DNA from: Eledone cirrhosa
Taxonomy: Eukaryota
DNA: 64,000 bases
NCBI GenBank assembly: GCA_964016885.1
Contig: OZ024740.1
Coordinates: 315,146,001-315,210,000, forward strand
Direction: 5' to 3'
Position 1 is the stretch's first letter, and each line of letters opens with the position of its first letter. This document shows, piece by piece, positions 27,300 through 42,869 of the stretch. The notes below the pieces were generated by a model that worked only from the letters and a program-made list of their open reading frames with translations, did no database searches and was not told where the DNA came from. The position numbers were made by a program, and so were the translations under genes.

Positions 27300-27499
27300 N
27301 NNNNNNNNNNNNNNNNNNNNNNNNNNNNNNNNNNNNNNNNNNNNNNNNNNNNNNNNNNNNNNNNNNNNNNNNNNNNNNNNNNNNNNNNNNNNNNNNNNNN
27401 NNNNNNNNNNNNNNNNNNNNNNNNNNNNNNNNNNNNNNNNNNNNNNNNNNNNNNNNNNNNNNNNNNNNNNNNNNNNNNNNNNNNNNNNNNNNNNNNNNN
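27300..27499. other. Assembly gap (200 N) inside a long (TA)n tract
   Basis: Run of N. Confidence 1.
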
Positions 27500-27615
<116 letters not shown>

Positions 27616-27635
27616 ATTTATATATATATATAAAT

Positions 27636-27786
<151 letters not shown>

Positions 27787-27832
27787 AATATATATATATA
27801 TAAATATATATATATTTATATATATATATATT

Positions 27833-27923
<91 letters not shown>

Positions 27924-27975
27924 ATATTTATATATATATAAATAATAAATCAAAAGTTTTATTTAAGATTGTTTA

Positions 27976-28039
27976 ATTTTGTCTGAGGAAGGCATACCAT
28001 ATTTTTAATATGATATCCCAGAAATATATATAACGAAAT
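27976..28039 (+). ncRNA. Type I hammerhead ribozyme (family B relative)
   Basis: ATTTTGT CTGAGGA AGGCATACCATAT..ATATGATATCCCA GAAA TATATA TA ACGAAAT; followed by the family B 3' sequence. Confidence 0.65.
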
Positions 28040-28080
28040 AAATATGGTTTTATAAATATAGTTTCCATTTGTTTAATATC

Positions 28081-28181
<101 letters not shown>

Positions 28182-28217
28182 CATATATTTATATATATAT
28201 ATATTTATATATATATA

Positions 28218-28284
<67 letters not shown>

Positions 28285-28662
28285 TTATATATATTTATAT
28301 TTATATATATTTATATTTATATATATATATATATTTATATATATTTATATATATTTATATTTATATATATTTATATTTATATATATTTATATATATATAT
28401 ATTTATATTTATATATATTTATATATATATATATTTATATTTATATATATATATATTTATATATATGTAGATAAATCTACCAAGAGTTTACGGTAGTGTC
28501 CAATCCGTATGAAGAACTCAATGTATTCCGGATATCATGGAAAGAAGAGATGTAATGAAAAATCACTTTCGGTGAAAGATAAACGGTATACAGAGTCAAG
28601 ATAAAATATTAAACAAATAATGAATAAACAATGAAACAGTTCCTTATATTAAACAAAAAAAG

Positions 28663-28816
28663 TTCATTATTTAACGATCGTTTCTAGGATATATATGTGT
28701 TAGAATTGGCATGCATATTCAACAGATCTATGTACAAAATTATACAAAATTATACAAACTATCAAGATTAAATATACATACCAACACATATATACGCCGT
28801 CTTCAGAAATAATGAA
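28663..28816 (-). ncRNA. Type I hammerhead ribozyme with a long stem-loop II insertion
   Basis: Reverse strand: TTCATTATTT CTGAAGA cggcg TATATATGTGTTGG..~80 nt..CTAACACATATATA tccta GAAA CGATCG TT AAATAATGAA; 10-bp stem I; palindrome AACGATCGTT. Confidence 0.75.
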
Positions 28817-29186
28817 ATATATTTATTGATAATAACAACAATTCAAAATTTCAGGTCCGTTTGGGAACAAAATTGACCAATGAAAATACAAAAGGTTTAA
28901 TGCAGTTCGGTGTGTGTATATACATGTAACTACCCTTACACATATTTTACAAAAATGTATGTACAACTTGTATACGCATACCAAAAGGATGGATGCAAAT
29001 ACAAAATTTCAAGGTTAATGTCTCTGTAAGTTTATAATGCACAGATAAGATGCGTATAGACACATAAATATGAAATAAGTGTATACACATATTTTCATAC
29101 TCACACATATCCGTACAATCACACACACACGCGCGTGTTATATTTATATATATTTATATATATATATATTTATATATATATATATT

Positions 29187-29217
<31 letters not shown>

Positions 29218-29288
29218 ATATTTATATATTTATATATATTTATATTTATATATATTTATATATTTATATATTTATATATATATATATT

Positions 29289-29319
<31 letters not shown>

Positions 29320-29376
29320 ATTTATATATATATATTTATATATATATATATATATATTTTGTACTAATTCAAACTG

Positions 29377-29427
29377 TGCCTGAAGAGGTCACAGCCAAAG
29401 ATGGCTGTCACTGAAATATATATAGCA
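29377..29427 (+). ncRNA. Type I hammerhead ribozyme (family D)
   Basis: TGC CTGAAGA GGTcACAGCC-aaagat-GGCTGTcACT GAAA TATATA TA GCA. Confidence 0.75.
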
Positions 29428-29526
29428 GCAATAAACGAAGCTAAATTTTAATCATTTGACTTTTATTTAACTTTATTTTATATATATATATATTTATATA
29501 TTTATATATATATATATTTATATATT

Positions 29527-29557
<31 letters not shown>

Positions 29558-29558
29558 T

Positions 29559-29698
<140 letters not shown>

Positions 29699-29809
29699 TA
29701 TTAAGTTGTTAAACAATATTCGATGAGTATGTCAAAGATATATCGGGTAATCACTACCTTGATTAAATTTTAACCATTTAACATCTCAGGGTATGTCATG
29801 TATCATTAT

Positions 29810-29862
29810 ATTTTGTCTGATGAGGACGTACTGTTGTACATCCGAAATATGTATAATAAAAT
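29810..29862 (+). ncRNA. Type I hammerhead ribozyme (family F)
   Basis: ATTTTGT CTGATGA GGAcGTAC-tgtt-GTACaTCC GAAA TATGTA TA ATAAAAT; canonical G10.1-C11.1 pair. Confidence 0.85.
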
Positions 29863-31351
29863 GTAATTGATCAAAAGAACATCTATTTTATTAATACTTA
29901 TATTTTAATATTTATATATATATATAAATCATTTTTGACATGTGTCATTTACCATAGTGTCGGGTCGCCCCATGCCTTGTGAGTGAAAGGGGGTAGACGA
30001 AAACTGTTTTGAAATCCGTCAAAGGGCCAAACTTATCTCACACTATGTCACATTGAATCTCCCTGAGAATTACGTGAAGGGTACATGTGTTAGTGCAATA
30101 TTCAGTCACTTACATAGCAATTTCTTGAACAGGCTGTTTCGTTGATCGAGCAGCTGGAACACTCATCGTCGAAACCGACTAAGGTCCATTCCATTATATA
30201 CATTCATGTGTGTATATATGTGCGTGCGTCTGTATGTGCCTGTGTGTGTATGTGTGTATCTGCATCTCTCTGTATGTGTCTCTGTGTGTGTCTGTGTCTG
30301 TGTGTCTCTGTGTATGTCTCTGTCTGTGTGTCTCTCTGTGTGTGTGTGTGTATCTGTGTGTGTGTGTGCGTATGTGTGTGCGTATGTGTGTGTATGTGTG
30401 TCTGCGTGTGTCTTCGTCTATGTGTGCTTCTGTGTGTGTGTCTGTGTGTGTATGTGCGTGTGTGCGTGTATGTGTGTATGTGTGTGACTTTCTCTCTCTC
30501 TGTGTTTGTATATAGGTATGTGTATGTGTGCGTGACTCTCTATCTCCCCCCTCTCTCTCTCTCTCTGTTTGTATATAGGTATGTGTATGTGTGTGTGACT
30601 CTCTCTATCTCCCCCCCTCTCTCTCTCTCTCTGTCTCTATTTGTATAAAGGTATGTATGCTCAACAGGTACAGGAAAATCGGCAGATGAATGCCGTGTGT
30701 GCTGTGGAGAAATTTCAGAAATATTTTAATAAAGGAAATTATTCCACATTATGAGAGTTGAAAGGGAGAGATTCAACGAACCTTTAAATTCTATGATTGG
30801 ATATTAGGTTAAGCGAGAAACATCGTAAAATACACTATGAATTTTTTAGTATCCTTTCAAAGGATTTCACTTATCCTGAAATCAATAAAACCCCCTTCCT
30901 CGTTTCACTGAGTTTGGTCTGCCAATAAAAAATGCCTGTAATAACGGTTTTTTTTTATATATCTTATTGTTGATTCTGTTACTGTTTAGCTCCAGGTGTA
31001 GTAGATCTATGTTTAAGAAGCATTCTAGCCATGACCATCCCGTCATAGCATATCTTTTTTTTTTAAGAGTGCAGGGTGTGTGATTTGAAGAAAAATTGGC
31101 TTCTATGTCTAGCAGACTAAGTGACCACATAGAGACTCAATTGTTGGCTTGTGTATTGAGTTGTTTGACGGAGATATGTCTTGATCGAACAGACCTGTTA
31201 TTGAAGACGTTCCAAACACGACCATCCAATCTTTATTTTCAGGCATATTACGAGAATCGTCTGAAAGGTTAATAGGTTGAATACGTGAAGAAGGATGTAG
31301 TTCCAAAAGACTTCAGTTCAGTTCTTGAAAGGAAAGTATGGGCGTAGTGTT

Positions 31352-31714
31352 TATGAGGGTCAGCAGAAAAGTTCATAAGCTGACCAAAATACACTCATGG
31401 AATGACCAAATGTGGTTTATTTTGAGTTTTATTTTTCAACATAGTCCTTCGAAAGAAACAATGCAGTTATTAATAAGAAGAGTTGAAAGTAAGGCATGCA
31501 AGATTTCACAGCTCTAGCACCACTTCTTCATGGGATGACCTAGATACTCTCGTGGAATGACCAAAGGAGGTTTATTTTTCAACATAGTCCCTGGAAAGAA
31601 ACAATAACAATGCAGTTACTAATAAGAAGAGTTGAAATTAATGCATGCAGGATTTAACAGCACTAGCATCGCCCATTTATATTCAGCCAATGAACTATTC
31701 AGCCCACCCTCGTA
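31352..31714. mobile_element. Tc1/mariner-type MITE with internal duplication
   Basis: tatgagggtcagcagaaaagttcat ... atgaactattcagcccaccctcgta; internal ~150-bp block repeated. Confidence 0.7.
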
Positions 31715-32074
31715 TATCTAGAATTACATTATCCAAATGTGTCCTTAACTTTTTAATAGGTTATGCTGTGCTTTGAAGTAGTTTTGGTTGATATATCTAG
31801 CATCTCCAGCTCCACATGGAGGCTACTCTACTGGATTATGTGTTTAGCCCAAGGATAATTCTAATCTTGGTGGCATATGATCAAAGGCATTTCAGGCATG
31901 CCCATCCTATTTGGAATGGGTTTATATAGGAAATCTAAAAACGATATCTGTTGTATACTTGTATGCTTGTTTACGCAGACACACACACACATACATGCAT
32001 ACATATATACATACGTACATACATACATACATACATACATACATACATACATACATACATACATACATACATAC

Positions 32075-32800
32075 ATGATGATGGCTGCCCCCTCGTTATC
32101 GAGTATGGCCATTTCCCGATATACCATTATTAATAATTATTATTAATTGGCAGTATCGGTAGAGGGTTGGACGCCATGTTTTCTAGCATAGTTACGTCCC
32201 TTTACAGTCTGAGTTCAAATCCCGCCGAGGTTAACTTTGCCTTTCATCCTTACGGGGTCGATAAAATAAAGTACCAGTAATGTACTGGGTAATTGCTGGC
32301 CTTGTGCCTAAAGTAGAAACAATTATTTAATTCTATCGTGTAATGCCTGTGCGCGAAGATTTTTTTTTTAAAGTGAGGAAAGACTGTGCACTGAGCCAGT
32401 CCCACTCTCTGAGCGACAGTAGCTATAACCCGAAAAGAAGAAAAGATCAACATCATTGGTAACTACTGAACCGCAGGTTTTATATCGGAATTATCCCAGT
32501 TTCCTGAGTTTCCTTCTCCTAGAAGAATGTACTGACAAAGGCTAGGGGTCCTTCACTCCCAGTGGTTTAACCGCGTGGTACATGTGTATATACATATTTA
32601 CACACTTTCGCATGGCCGTTGACTCTTATGAGTTCTTCCGCCCTTTGTCAGGTTTTGTTTTTTGTCCTGCAGGGTGTCCAAAATCCTCCTCCTCACCAAG
32701 TAAACTTGGTGGGGTTGCCAGTTTAGTCGCCGACGATCCGGCCATGCCACAGGTTGTACTGGGTTACATGTTACCAGTAGCACTCAAGAGTGACCTGACA
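32075..32800 (-). mobile_element. RTE-derived short element (subfamily 2) interrupted by a SINE at 32147-32328
   Basis: 32075-32135 plus 32328-32580 match 59341-59630; 32620-32800 matches the family 5' part. Confidence 0.7.
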
Positions 32801-32828
32801 TACATACATACATACATACATACATACA

Positions 32829-32862
<34 letters not shown>

Positions 32863-32925
32863 CACAACTATACATGCACATATATATACACACATGAATA
32901 CATACACAAGTATATATCTATCTCC

Positions 32926-33011
<86 letters not shown>

Positions 33012-33055
33012 CAAAATATTAATAAATGGATACATTCACATAATCAAAATATATG

Positions 33056-33117
33056 TTTTATTATATATATTTCGGAGGTACTATGATATTTTTTCAGTAC
33101 ATCCTCATCAGATAAAA
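33056..33117 (-). ncRNA. Type I hammerhead ribozyme (family F)
   Basis: Reverse strand: TTTTAT CTGATGA GGAtGTACT..AGTACcTCC GAAA TATATA TA ATAAAA; lies inside a short inverted repeat 33007-33213. Confidence 0.85.
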
Positions 33118-33307
33118 TACATAAATTGATGCATGACATACCTCAAATTTGCTGATGGTTCAATTCCAGTCTTGGGAGTCTGGATGCATCCATTTATTAA
33201 TATTTTGAATAATATTAATAACTCCAGAAAACGTCACTGTTGAGTTCTTTTAATCTATTGTAAAACTGTATTCATTGAATAATCAATGAACCTTGTATAA
33301 CATTTGG

Positions 33308-33345
<38 letters not shown>

Positions 33346-33439
33346 CTAAATGTTAAAAAAGGTTCATTGATTATTCAATGAATACATATATATATATATG
33401 TATATAACAAATGGAAACTATATTTATAAAACCATATTT

Positions 33440-33502
33440 ATTTCATTATACATATTTCAAGGACACCAAGTTAAATTATGGTGTGCTTTCATCAGATAAA
33501 AT
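33440..33502 (-). ncRNA. Type I hammerhead ribozyme (family B, mirror copy)
   Basis: Reverse complement of 33649-33711. Confidence 0.8.
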
Positions 33503-33648
33503 ATAATATAGAGCAGTTTTATAAATAAATATTGACATACCCTTAAAGAATGCAACCATTACTGTTGGCTATCCGGGAACTTCCAACAGTAATGGTTGCA
33601 TTCTTTAAGGGTATGTCAATATTTATTTATAAAACTGCTCTATATTAT

Positions 33649-33711
33649 ATTTTATCTGATGAAAGCACACCATAATTTAACTTGGTGTCCTTGAAATATG
33701 TATAATGAAAT
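33649..33711 (+). ncRNA. Type I hammerhead ribozyme (family B)
   Basis: ATTTTAT CTGATGA AAGcACACCA..TGGTGTcCTT GAAA TATGTA TA ATGAAAT. Confidence 0.8.
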
Positions 33712-34116
33712 AAATATGGTTTTATAAATATAGTTTCCATTTGTTAATATCGTATTTTTACTCCAATAATTTGTTGAGTGCTTTATATCAGTTATAAAAA
33801 TATTTGCTTGTTGTATCCCAACAATTTAAATAGAACTTTTACATATATATATATATATATATATATGCATACGTATATACAACATACGTACGTACAGACA
33901 GGCACATGCATACACACATATGTATACATGCATACATACATTCATACAGACAGACAGACAGACAGACAGACATATTTTATTTATTTGCCTGTCACTGTAT
34001 GTCTACACACAACACCCCATTTACACATAACCATAACCATCATCATCATCATTATCACCATTGCTATCACCATCATCATCATCATCATCATTATCGTCAT
34101 CGTCGTCGTCGTCATC

Positions 34117-34149
<33 letters not shown>

Positions 34150-34259
34150 GTCATCATCATCACCACTATCATCATCATCACCGTTATGATGAAAGATAAA
34201 ACATTTGTTTTATATTGAATAAAGTAGGACGCTCAGTGAGATATGTAGGTCAGCACAGG

Positions 34260-34362
<103 letters not shown>

Positions 34363-34451
34363 AATATGTGTGTGTGTATGTTCGTGTGTGTGTGGAGGAG
34401 CTCAAAGGTTGGTAATGCTAAATATAGAACAGATGATGATGGCGATGGTGG

Positions 34452-34482
<31 letters not shown>

Positions 34483-34757
34483 AATGAATATGCGGATGAG
34501 GATGAGGATGATGATGGTGCTAGTGCTGGTGGTGGTGGTGGTGGTGGTGGTGGTGGTGGTGATTTCGTTTATAGCCCGCCTGGAGCAGAGGGGCGAGGAT
34601 CCTAAGTAAACTGCCAAGCTCACTTCCAACAACAACAACAGAAAACAGGAAGAAAAAATAGGACAAAAATATGAACAGTGAATGTATTTTTGTTTTTAAA
34701 TTCAGTAAAAAGTATCACACACTACATATCGATATATATATATATGCGTGCGTATAC

Positions 34758-34807
<50 letters not shown>

Positions 34808-35001
34808 GCGTGTGTATACATGTAAATATATATATATATATAATACATATATATATATAAATGCATACCTACACACATACATACTTACATACACACACAC
34901 ATACATACATGCAAAAATTCATACATATATACATACATATATACATACATATGTACATATATACTTCTTGTTTCAATAATTTCTATACTTTTCAGTTATA
35001 T

Positions 35002-35117
<116 letters not shown>

Positions 35118-35118
35118 G

Positions 35119-35159
<41 letters not shown>

Positions 35160-35222
35160 GTATATGTATGTATATGTATGTATATGTATGTATATATATG
35201 TATGTATATGTATGTATATATG

Positions 35223-35337
<115 letters not shown>

Positions 35338-35368
35338 GTATATATATATATGTATATATATATATATG

Positions 35369-35413
<45 letters not shown>

Positions 35414-35447
35414 GTATATATATATATGTATATATATATATGTATAT

Positions 35448-35603
<156 letters not shown>

Positions 35604-35900
35604 ATGCGTGTGTGTGCGTTAATGTATATGCTTATGTGTATAATGTATAAGAATCTGTGTATATTCAGGAAGCAGAATATTACAAATGGGACAAAAAAGA
35701 AAAGTAGAATAAAGTAAAAGAAAAATAAGGAAGGTGTGTGTTTAAAAATAATCGAGGTGGGTGAAGAGGGGGGGGGGTTAAAGATTGATACAGGTAAGAC
35801 TGCATATAGAATATAACTAGTAGGGGAGGAGGAGGTGAGGTAGAAGGTAAAATGATGGAAGATATAAGGGGAATACAATGAAAGGAAGGTGATATAAGTA

Positions 35901-35990
<90 letters not shown>

Positions 35991-36002
35991 TGCTTATATA
36001 TA

Positions 36003-36227
36003 ACAAAGAAGGTGTGGTAAGGTACTAGGTGGACCATAACGCACCAGAGTACTGGATTCTTAGGGTAGTAGAGTGGGTGATAGGAAAAGAGTCAAGACCC
36101 CGACGGCTGAGCTCCGGCTGTTTCGACAGCTAGATCCGAACTAAGCCAGCAGTTCGGATCTGCTGGCTTAGTTCGGAGCTAGCTGCCGAAACGGCCGGAG
36201 CTCAGCCGTCGGGGTCTTGACTCTTTT

Positions 36228-36230
<3 letters not shown>
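36003..36230. mobile_element. Fold-back element, family E
   Basis: aggaaaagagtcaagaccccgacggctgagctccggc inverted at 36082-36230; tail homologous to 5225-5305. Confidence 0.75.
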
Positions 36231-36308
<78 letters not shown>

Positions 36309-36684
36309 TATAAAATATGTCCATAGAATCATTTGATAATATATACACAGCATTTCCTCTCCCAATTAGCATAATCAACCACACAAAAAACCAATTAAAC
36401 CAGGCTATAAGATTAAAAGGCACCTATGAAGAAATAGTAGCTAAATAAACGACAGCAATCTATTCGCGATCAACCGCTATAGAATATTTACCCAACATTT
36501 CAATAGCACGTGGAAATCGATTAAATATACCGTCAACCATACACAATTAGGTATAAAATTAGTGAGAAGAAAAAATGCATATACACATACTAGGATTACG
36601 TTTCTACCCTTAGGGTTTCGTTTGCTTTCGGAAATATCCTATCAAGGATAAATTCTCGAGCTTCGAACTCACCAGGAAACAAAC

Positions 36685-36728
<44 letters not shown>

Positions 36729-36739
36729 GAGAGCAAAAG

Positions 36740-36797
<58 letters not shown>

Positions 36798-38198
36798 AAA
36801 GAAAATATATATATAGATGTTGGCTGGGGGAAGGGTTAATGGTTGGCTTGAATGGGTGACGGGGTTTCACACTGTTTCCGTCAACCCTTCATAATTCTTG
36901 GGCCGACACGGGGCTATGTTTAACGACACAAGATACCATAGACTGGCCTCGAATATATGTTTTGTAAACCACTCGAATATGCAAGTACTTTATTTAAAGA
37001 AGCTTTACCATGTCCGCTTGAACACACAATCGGAGTATGTGTGTGTGAGTGGGTGTGTATGTCTCTATATGTGTAGTGTGTGGGTGTATGTGTGTACAAG
37101 GCCAGATTGAGGCCCTAAGCACTTAAAATATTATGGTGCCCTCCCATCCCCATATAAAGTCTGCAATATTTTTTCTTAACTTTTCAATGATATATGCATT
37201 TGTGAGGGTCGCTTTGATTGTCTATTAGCAATATGATAAGGAAGAAGCGTGGGCTAGTGGTTAGGGTGTGGGAATCACAATCTCAGAGTTCTGGGTTCGA
37301 TGTTTTGACCGACGCGTTGTGTTCTTGAGCAAGATACTTCGTTTAACATCATTTTTCATGATAAGATTGGGGCTCCTATCATTAAATTAACATAAAAACC
37401 TCCTATAGGAAGCAACACCGTAGGAGGTCAGTGTAATCAGCAAAGGCGTGAGCTGTAAATTTCATTTTATGACATGCATAACATGTTTACAGGGTCTTTT
37501 GTCTCAAATTCTCACTTACAGAGAAAGCTGTCTCAAATGTTGACACCATTTTGGTTGGATAACAGGCATAAGCACAGCTAGTCACGCTTGGAGATTCAGT
37601 CGGATCAATTGGAAACTGTTGCTTCTGACAGGACCCGCTGGAAGGAGTGTTTGAGGGCTCTGCCTCAATGAATCTCTCGGGAAGAAGAAGAAGAAGAAGA
37701 AGAAGAAGAAGAAGAAGAAGAAGAAGAAGGAGAAGAAGAAGAAGAAGAAGAAGAAGAAGAAGAAGAAGAAGAAGAAGAAGAAACCAAATTACAGATTGAT
37801 CCATTATTAAAACTACCGTTAGTACCAGGGCTATTACATTATTTCTACCATTCCACGTCTAGTATAATGAGACTGACAACCATAACAGCTTCTACTCACT
37901 ACTCGCTATCACCTTTATAATCTCTAGTAACATAATTGCTACCAATATAACAGTAATAACAAACCATCGATGCAGCATCTTTGTATTTGCTCGATTTCTA
38001 TGAATAACATCATCAGATCAATCTACCATCTTTAAAAAGAAAGTGAGGACACGGAGTATCATGATCTTGTCCTATCGTTGTCTTATCAAGTGCGTCTGTG
38101 TGTTGATATTCTCTCTTTCACTCACTGCCACCACCTCTCTCTCTCGCACTCCCCATCTAGCACTATTGTAAGCAAACGGGAGCCCATATATACATATC

Positions 38199-38259
<61 letters not shown>

Positions 38260-38264
38260 ATGTA

Positions 38265-38715
<451 letters not shown>

Positions 38716-38819
38716 ATTTCAAAATGAAATGTCAAGGTCATAGCTGCAACGCTTTGGTCAATGATGCCTGACTTGGAATTAAACAACAGCAACTACTTTC
38801 ACCAGTAAAGCCGCTAACA

Positions 38820-39990
38820 TCTCTACCACTGCCACCACCGTCACCACCACTACCACCAACACCACTGCCACCACCGTCACCACCACTACCACCAACACCA
38901 CTGCCACCACCGTCACCACCACTACCACCAACACCACTGCCACCACCGTCACCACCACTGCCACCAACACCACTGCCACCACCACTACCACCAACACCAC
39001 CACCGTCACCACCACTACTACCAACACCACTACCACCACCGTCACCACCACTACCACCAACACCACTGCCACCACCACTACCACCAACACCACTGCCACC
39101 ACCACTACCACCAACACCACCACCATCACCACCACTACTACCAACACCACTACCACCACCGTCACCACCACTACCACCAACACCACTGCCACCACCACTA
39201 CCACCAACACCACTGCCACCACCACTACCACCAACACCACCACCGTCACCACCACTACTACCAACACCACTGCCACCACCGTCACCACCACTACCACCAA
39301 CACCACTGCCACCACCGTCACCACCACTGCCACCACCGTCACCACCACTACCACCAACACCACTGCCACCACCGTCACCACCACTACCACCAACACCACT
39401 GCCACCACCGTCACCACCACTGCCACCAACACCACTGCCACCACCACTACCACCAACACCACCACCGTCACCACCACTACTACCAACACCACTACCACCA
39501 CCGTCACCACCACTACCACCAACATCACTGCCACCACCACTACCACCAACACCACTGCCACCACCACTACCACCAACACCACCACCGTCACCACCACTAC
39601 TACCAACACCACTACCACCACCGTCACCACCACTACCACCAACACCACTGCCACCACCACTACCACCAACACCACTGCCACCACCACTACCACCAACACC
39701 ACCACCGTCACCACCACTACTACCAACACCACTACCACCACCGTCACCACCACTACCACCAACACCACTGCCACCACCACTACCACCAACACCACTGCCA
39801 CCACCACTACCACCAACACCACCACCGTCACCACCACTACTACCAACACCACTGCCACCACCGTCACCACCACTACCACCAACACCACTGCCACCACCGT
39901 CACCACCACTACCACCACCGTCACCACCACTACTACCAACACCACTGCCACCACCGTCACCACCACTACCACCAACACCACTGCCACCAC
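38820..39990. repeat. (ACC)-rich minisatellite with higher-order ~120-bp periodicity
   Basis: Blocks such as accaccgtcaccaccactaccaccaacaccactgcc; lines repeat at 120-bp spacing (39541/39661/39781). Confidence 0.9.
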
Positions 39991-40088
39991 CATTAGCAGC
40001 ATCACCAACAATAAAAAAGCAACAACAATTTTTTTTATCACCACAACTCCATCCAACTCTCTACTCCTCATCTCTTCATTAACCCCTC

Positions 40089-40149
<61 letters not shown>

Positions 40150-40471
40150 CACCCTTACCTTATTTCATGTTGTTCGTCTGCACCTGATCACCTTTATTTC
40201 ATCACCATTTATTTTTTTCCCTTCAGCTGCCCCTTCCCGTACCCATTATAACACACTCCTGTTGCCACCCACTACCAGGTCCTTACCTTTTCATATCCAT
40301 TATGTATAAGTTTATTGATCTCCATCCCCTAATGTCTGCACCAATTAATACCGAAAGGGATCAATAGAATTGATCCCTTCGTAGAGATATAATAGGAAGG
40401 ACTTTAGAAGGGACATCACTGGGTTTCTATGTCAACATACATAAATGCATATATGTATACACCTACAAAGC

Positions 40472-40539
<68 letters not shown>

Positions 40540-41084
40540 TACATACATACATACATACATACATACATACATACATACATACATACATACATACATACAT
40601 ACATACATACATACTGCATGTGAGTGTGACATATAAAATACGTCATCACTTTAATGAGAAAACGTTTCCCAATTACTTCCCGATGGAGACAATTATTCCA
40701 TGGAAAGAATCTAAAACTGAGGGACACCTTCATTATCAATATGTAAAACTTAATAAGGAAAGCTACTAAATACAAATGTAAACTTCCTTAATCAATGCTG
40801 CAACGCAGAAGCCATCTCTACCAAACCAAACCTATCCATTGTGTGCCAATATATTGTCCTTACAGTGGAAGGTAAACTCAAACAACGATGCTTCAGTTCA
40901 GCCTCAATGTTTCCTTTAGATATATACACAAGAGGAAGATAATAAAACTATTCAATGCAACAACAATATCAACAACAACAACAACACCCACCACAAGTAA
41001 AATGAAATTATCACATGATCTACATGACAGGTGCAATGTGTCCGAACACGGAAGAGACGAACACCCACTATTATCGCCTCCATC

Positions 41085-41280
41085 TCTCTCGCCCTCCCTA
41101 TCTCTCTGTACTGTGAGCAAATGGGGTCCCACGTGCTGGCCGCCCCACAGCCCCGGCGGACAGAATGGAGAAGGCGTTTCCCCGGGGGATGGTAAGGGAG
41201 ATGCGCTGGAAGAGCCATTCCATCTCGCGAGTCTCACACCTGCAGCTGGCCAGCTCAGCGCATATGGTGGTGAGTTATGT
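41085..41280 (-). mobile_element. CRE-like retrotransposon 3' remnant
   Basis: Reverse strand translates LTTICAELASCRCETREMEWLFQRISLTIPRGNAFSILSAG. Confidence 0.75.
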
Positions 41281-41294
41281 GTGCACTTTGAAAG

Positions 41295-41461
41295 AACATA
41301 CAATTGGAAAAATCCTCACAGGATATAACTCGTACAGAAATCGCTCAAAAAGCTGTGGGTTATGTACAGCCGAAAAGAACCTCATATTTGATAACCACAA
41401 CAAAATGTTATACTGTATAAATGTCAGTTCAGAGGTCATAAGCAATTGTCGTCACTGTTAA
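41295..41461 (+). pseudogene. Penelope-like element GIY-YIG endonuclease C-terminal remnant (Neptune-type)
   Basis: YNWK/KIL..YNSYRNRSKSCGLCTAEKNLI...INVSSEVISNCRH matches the PLE pattern WKI...Y...SK.C.LC..EK..I...LN.RSE..S.CRH. Confidence 0.75.
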
Positions 41462-41708
41462 ATATTTGGTGAAACACTGGAATATTTTGCTACATCCTGA
41501 TTAAGCGTATTAATTTACTCTGAGTAATCATAGTCTCTAGTTCTCTTCTATGTGACAATAGATAGTTGTATAACTGTAATAGATGCTTATAAACCTCCAA
41601 TCACTGTTGGTAATACACTTTACCATACAGCAAAACATACTTTTCAATTACAATCTTACTACATGCCCAATATATATATATATATATATATATATACATT
41701 ATATTCAT

Positions 41709-42041
41709 AAATGGAAACTATATTTATAAAACCATAATTATTTTATTATATATATTTCAAGGGCAACCAAGGCAAATTTTGGTGCGCTTTCATCAGATAA
41801 AATACAAAATTTGTTTTATAAATGTTGATATACCCGCAGAAGAGCAACCTTTATCTTATGAAAGCGCACCAAAATTTGCCTTGGTACCCATGAAATATAT
41901 ATAATAAAATAATTATGATTTCATAAATATAGTTTCCATTTATTAATATAATGAATATTTACTCCACTAAACTGTTGAGTGCTTTATATCAGTTATAAAA
42001 CTTTTAAGTTTGTTGAATTCCAACAAATTAAATATAACCTT

Positions 42042-42043
<2 letters not shown>
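41709..42043. mobile_element. Fold-back hammerhead element, family B (divergent)
   Basis: Inverted arms 41709-41800/41851-41943; right tail homologous to 33746-33842; + strand core mutated to CTTATGA. Confidence 0.8.
41740..41803 (-). ncRNA. Type I hammerhead ribozyme (family B)
   Basis: Reverse strand: ATTTTAT CTGATGA AAGCGCACCAA..TTGGTTGCCCTT GAAA TATATA TA ATAAAAT. Confidence 0.75.
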
Positions 42044-42138
<95 letters not shown>

Positions 42139-42869
42139 TCCATTGTTTACATTCTAGCATTTTAGCTGAGAATTAAATTAAAGAGAAGTATGACTGAGTT
42201 TCCTTTAGTGTAGTGGTACTACAGTCTTTCAGCATACGGCAGTGGCGTGGGTCAATCTCCTCGGCAATTCTGCTCACATTTTTCAGCCATTAAGGGCTAT
42301 ATCCCCGATTTTATTCCACTGGATTATGGTTAATATTCGTTATTGCAGTCTTTGCAACAACAACAAAAACAAACCATACACACATACGTGTGTACATTCA
42401 TTCATACGCTCATACTCACACACATACATACATTGATGTCTAAATTCTGAAATAATAGTTTCTAATTTAGACACAAGGCCAACAATTTTTGGGGAAGGGA
42501 AATTCGATTAAATCGACCCAGTACGTTACTGGTATTTTATTTTATCGACCCCATAAGGATGAAAAACAAAGCTAACCTCGGAAGCGGGGGGGGGGGGGTT
42601 GAACTCAGTGCATATTACACGGTCAGTTTACTGAGAAATATTTCACAATATTCTATATTTGTTTCTACGTTTGGCACAAGGCCAGCAATTAACCAGTACA
42701 TTACTGGTACTTTATTTTATCGAGCCCTAAGGATGAAAGGCAAAGTTAACAATATTCTATAATAATTCTTTTTAATAACTGCTTAAAACTGATTTCCATT
42801 TGTATCCTTTATTAAGAATCCCTATTTCTATTTAACCGCCCAATGTGTTGTTTTTTTCTATTTTTTTTT

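Larger units (their letters stand above)
33405..33842. mobile_element. Fold-back hammerhead element, family B
   Basis: ~160-bp near-perfect inverted arms 33405-33746; right tail of ~95 bp matches the left tail of 7160-7255. Confidence 0.85.

Noticed and set aside
38779-40071. 430-aa poly-Val ORF
   Set aside because: Stop-free by construction from (GGT)n-type repeats
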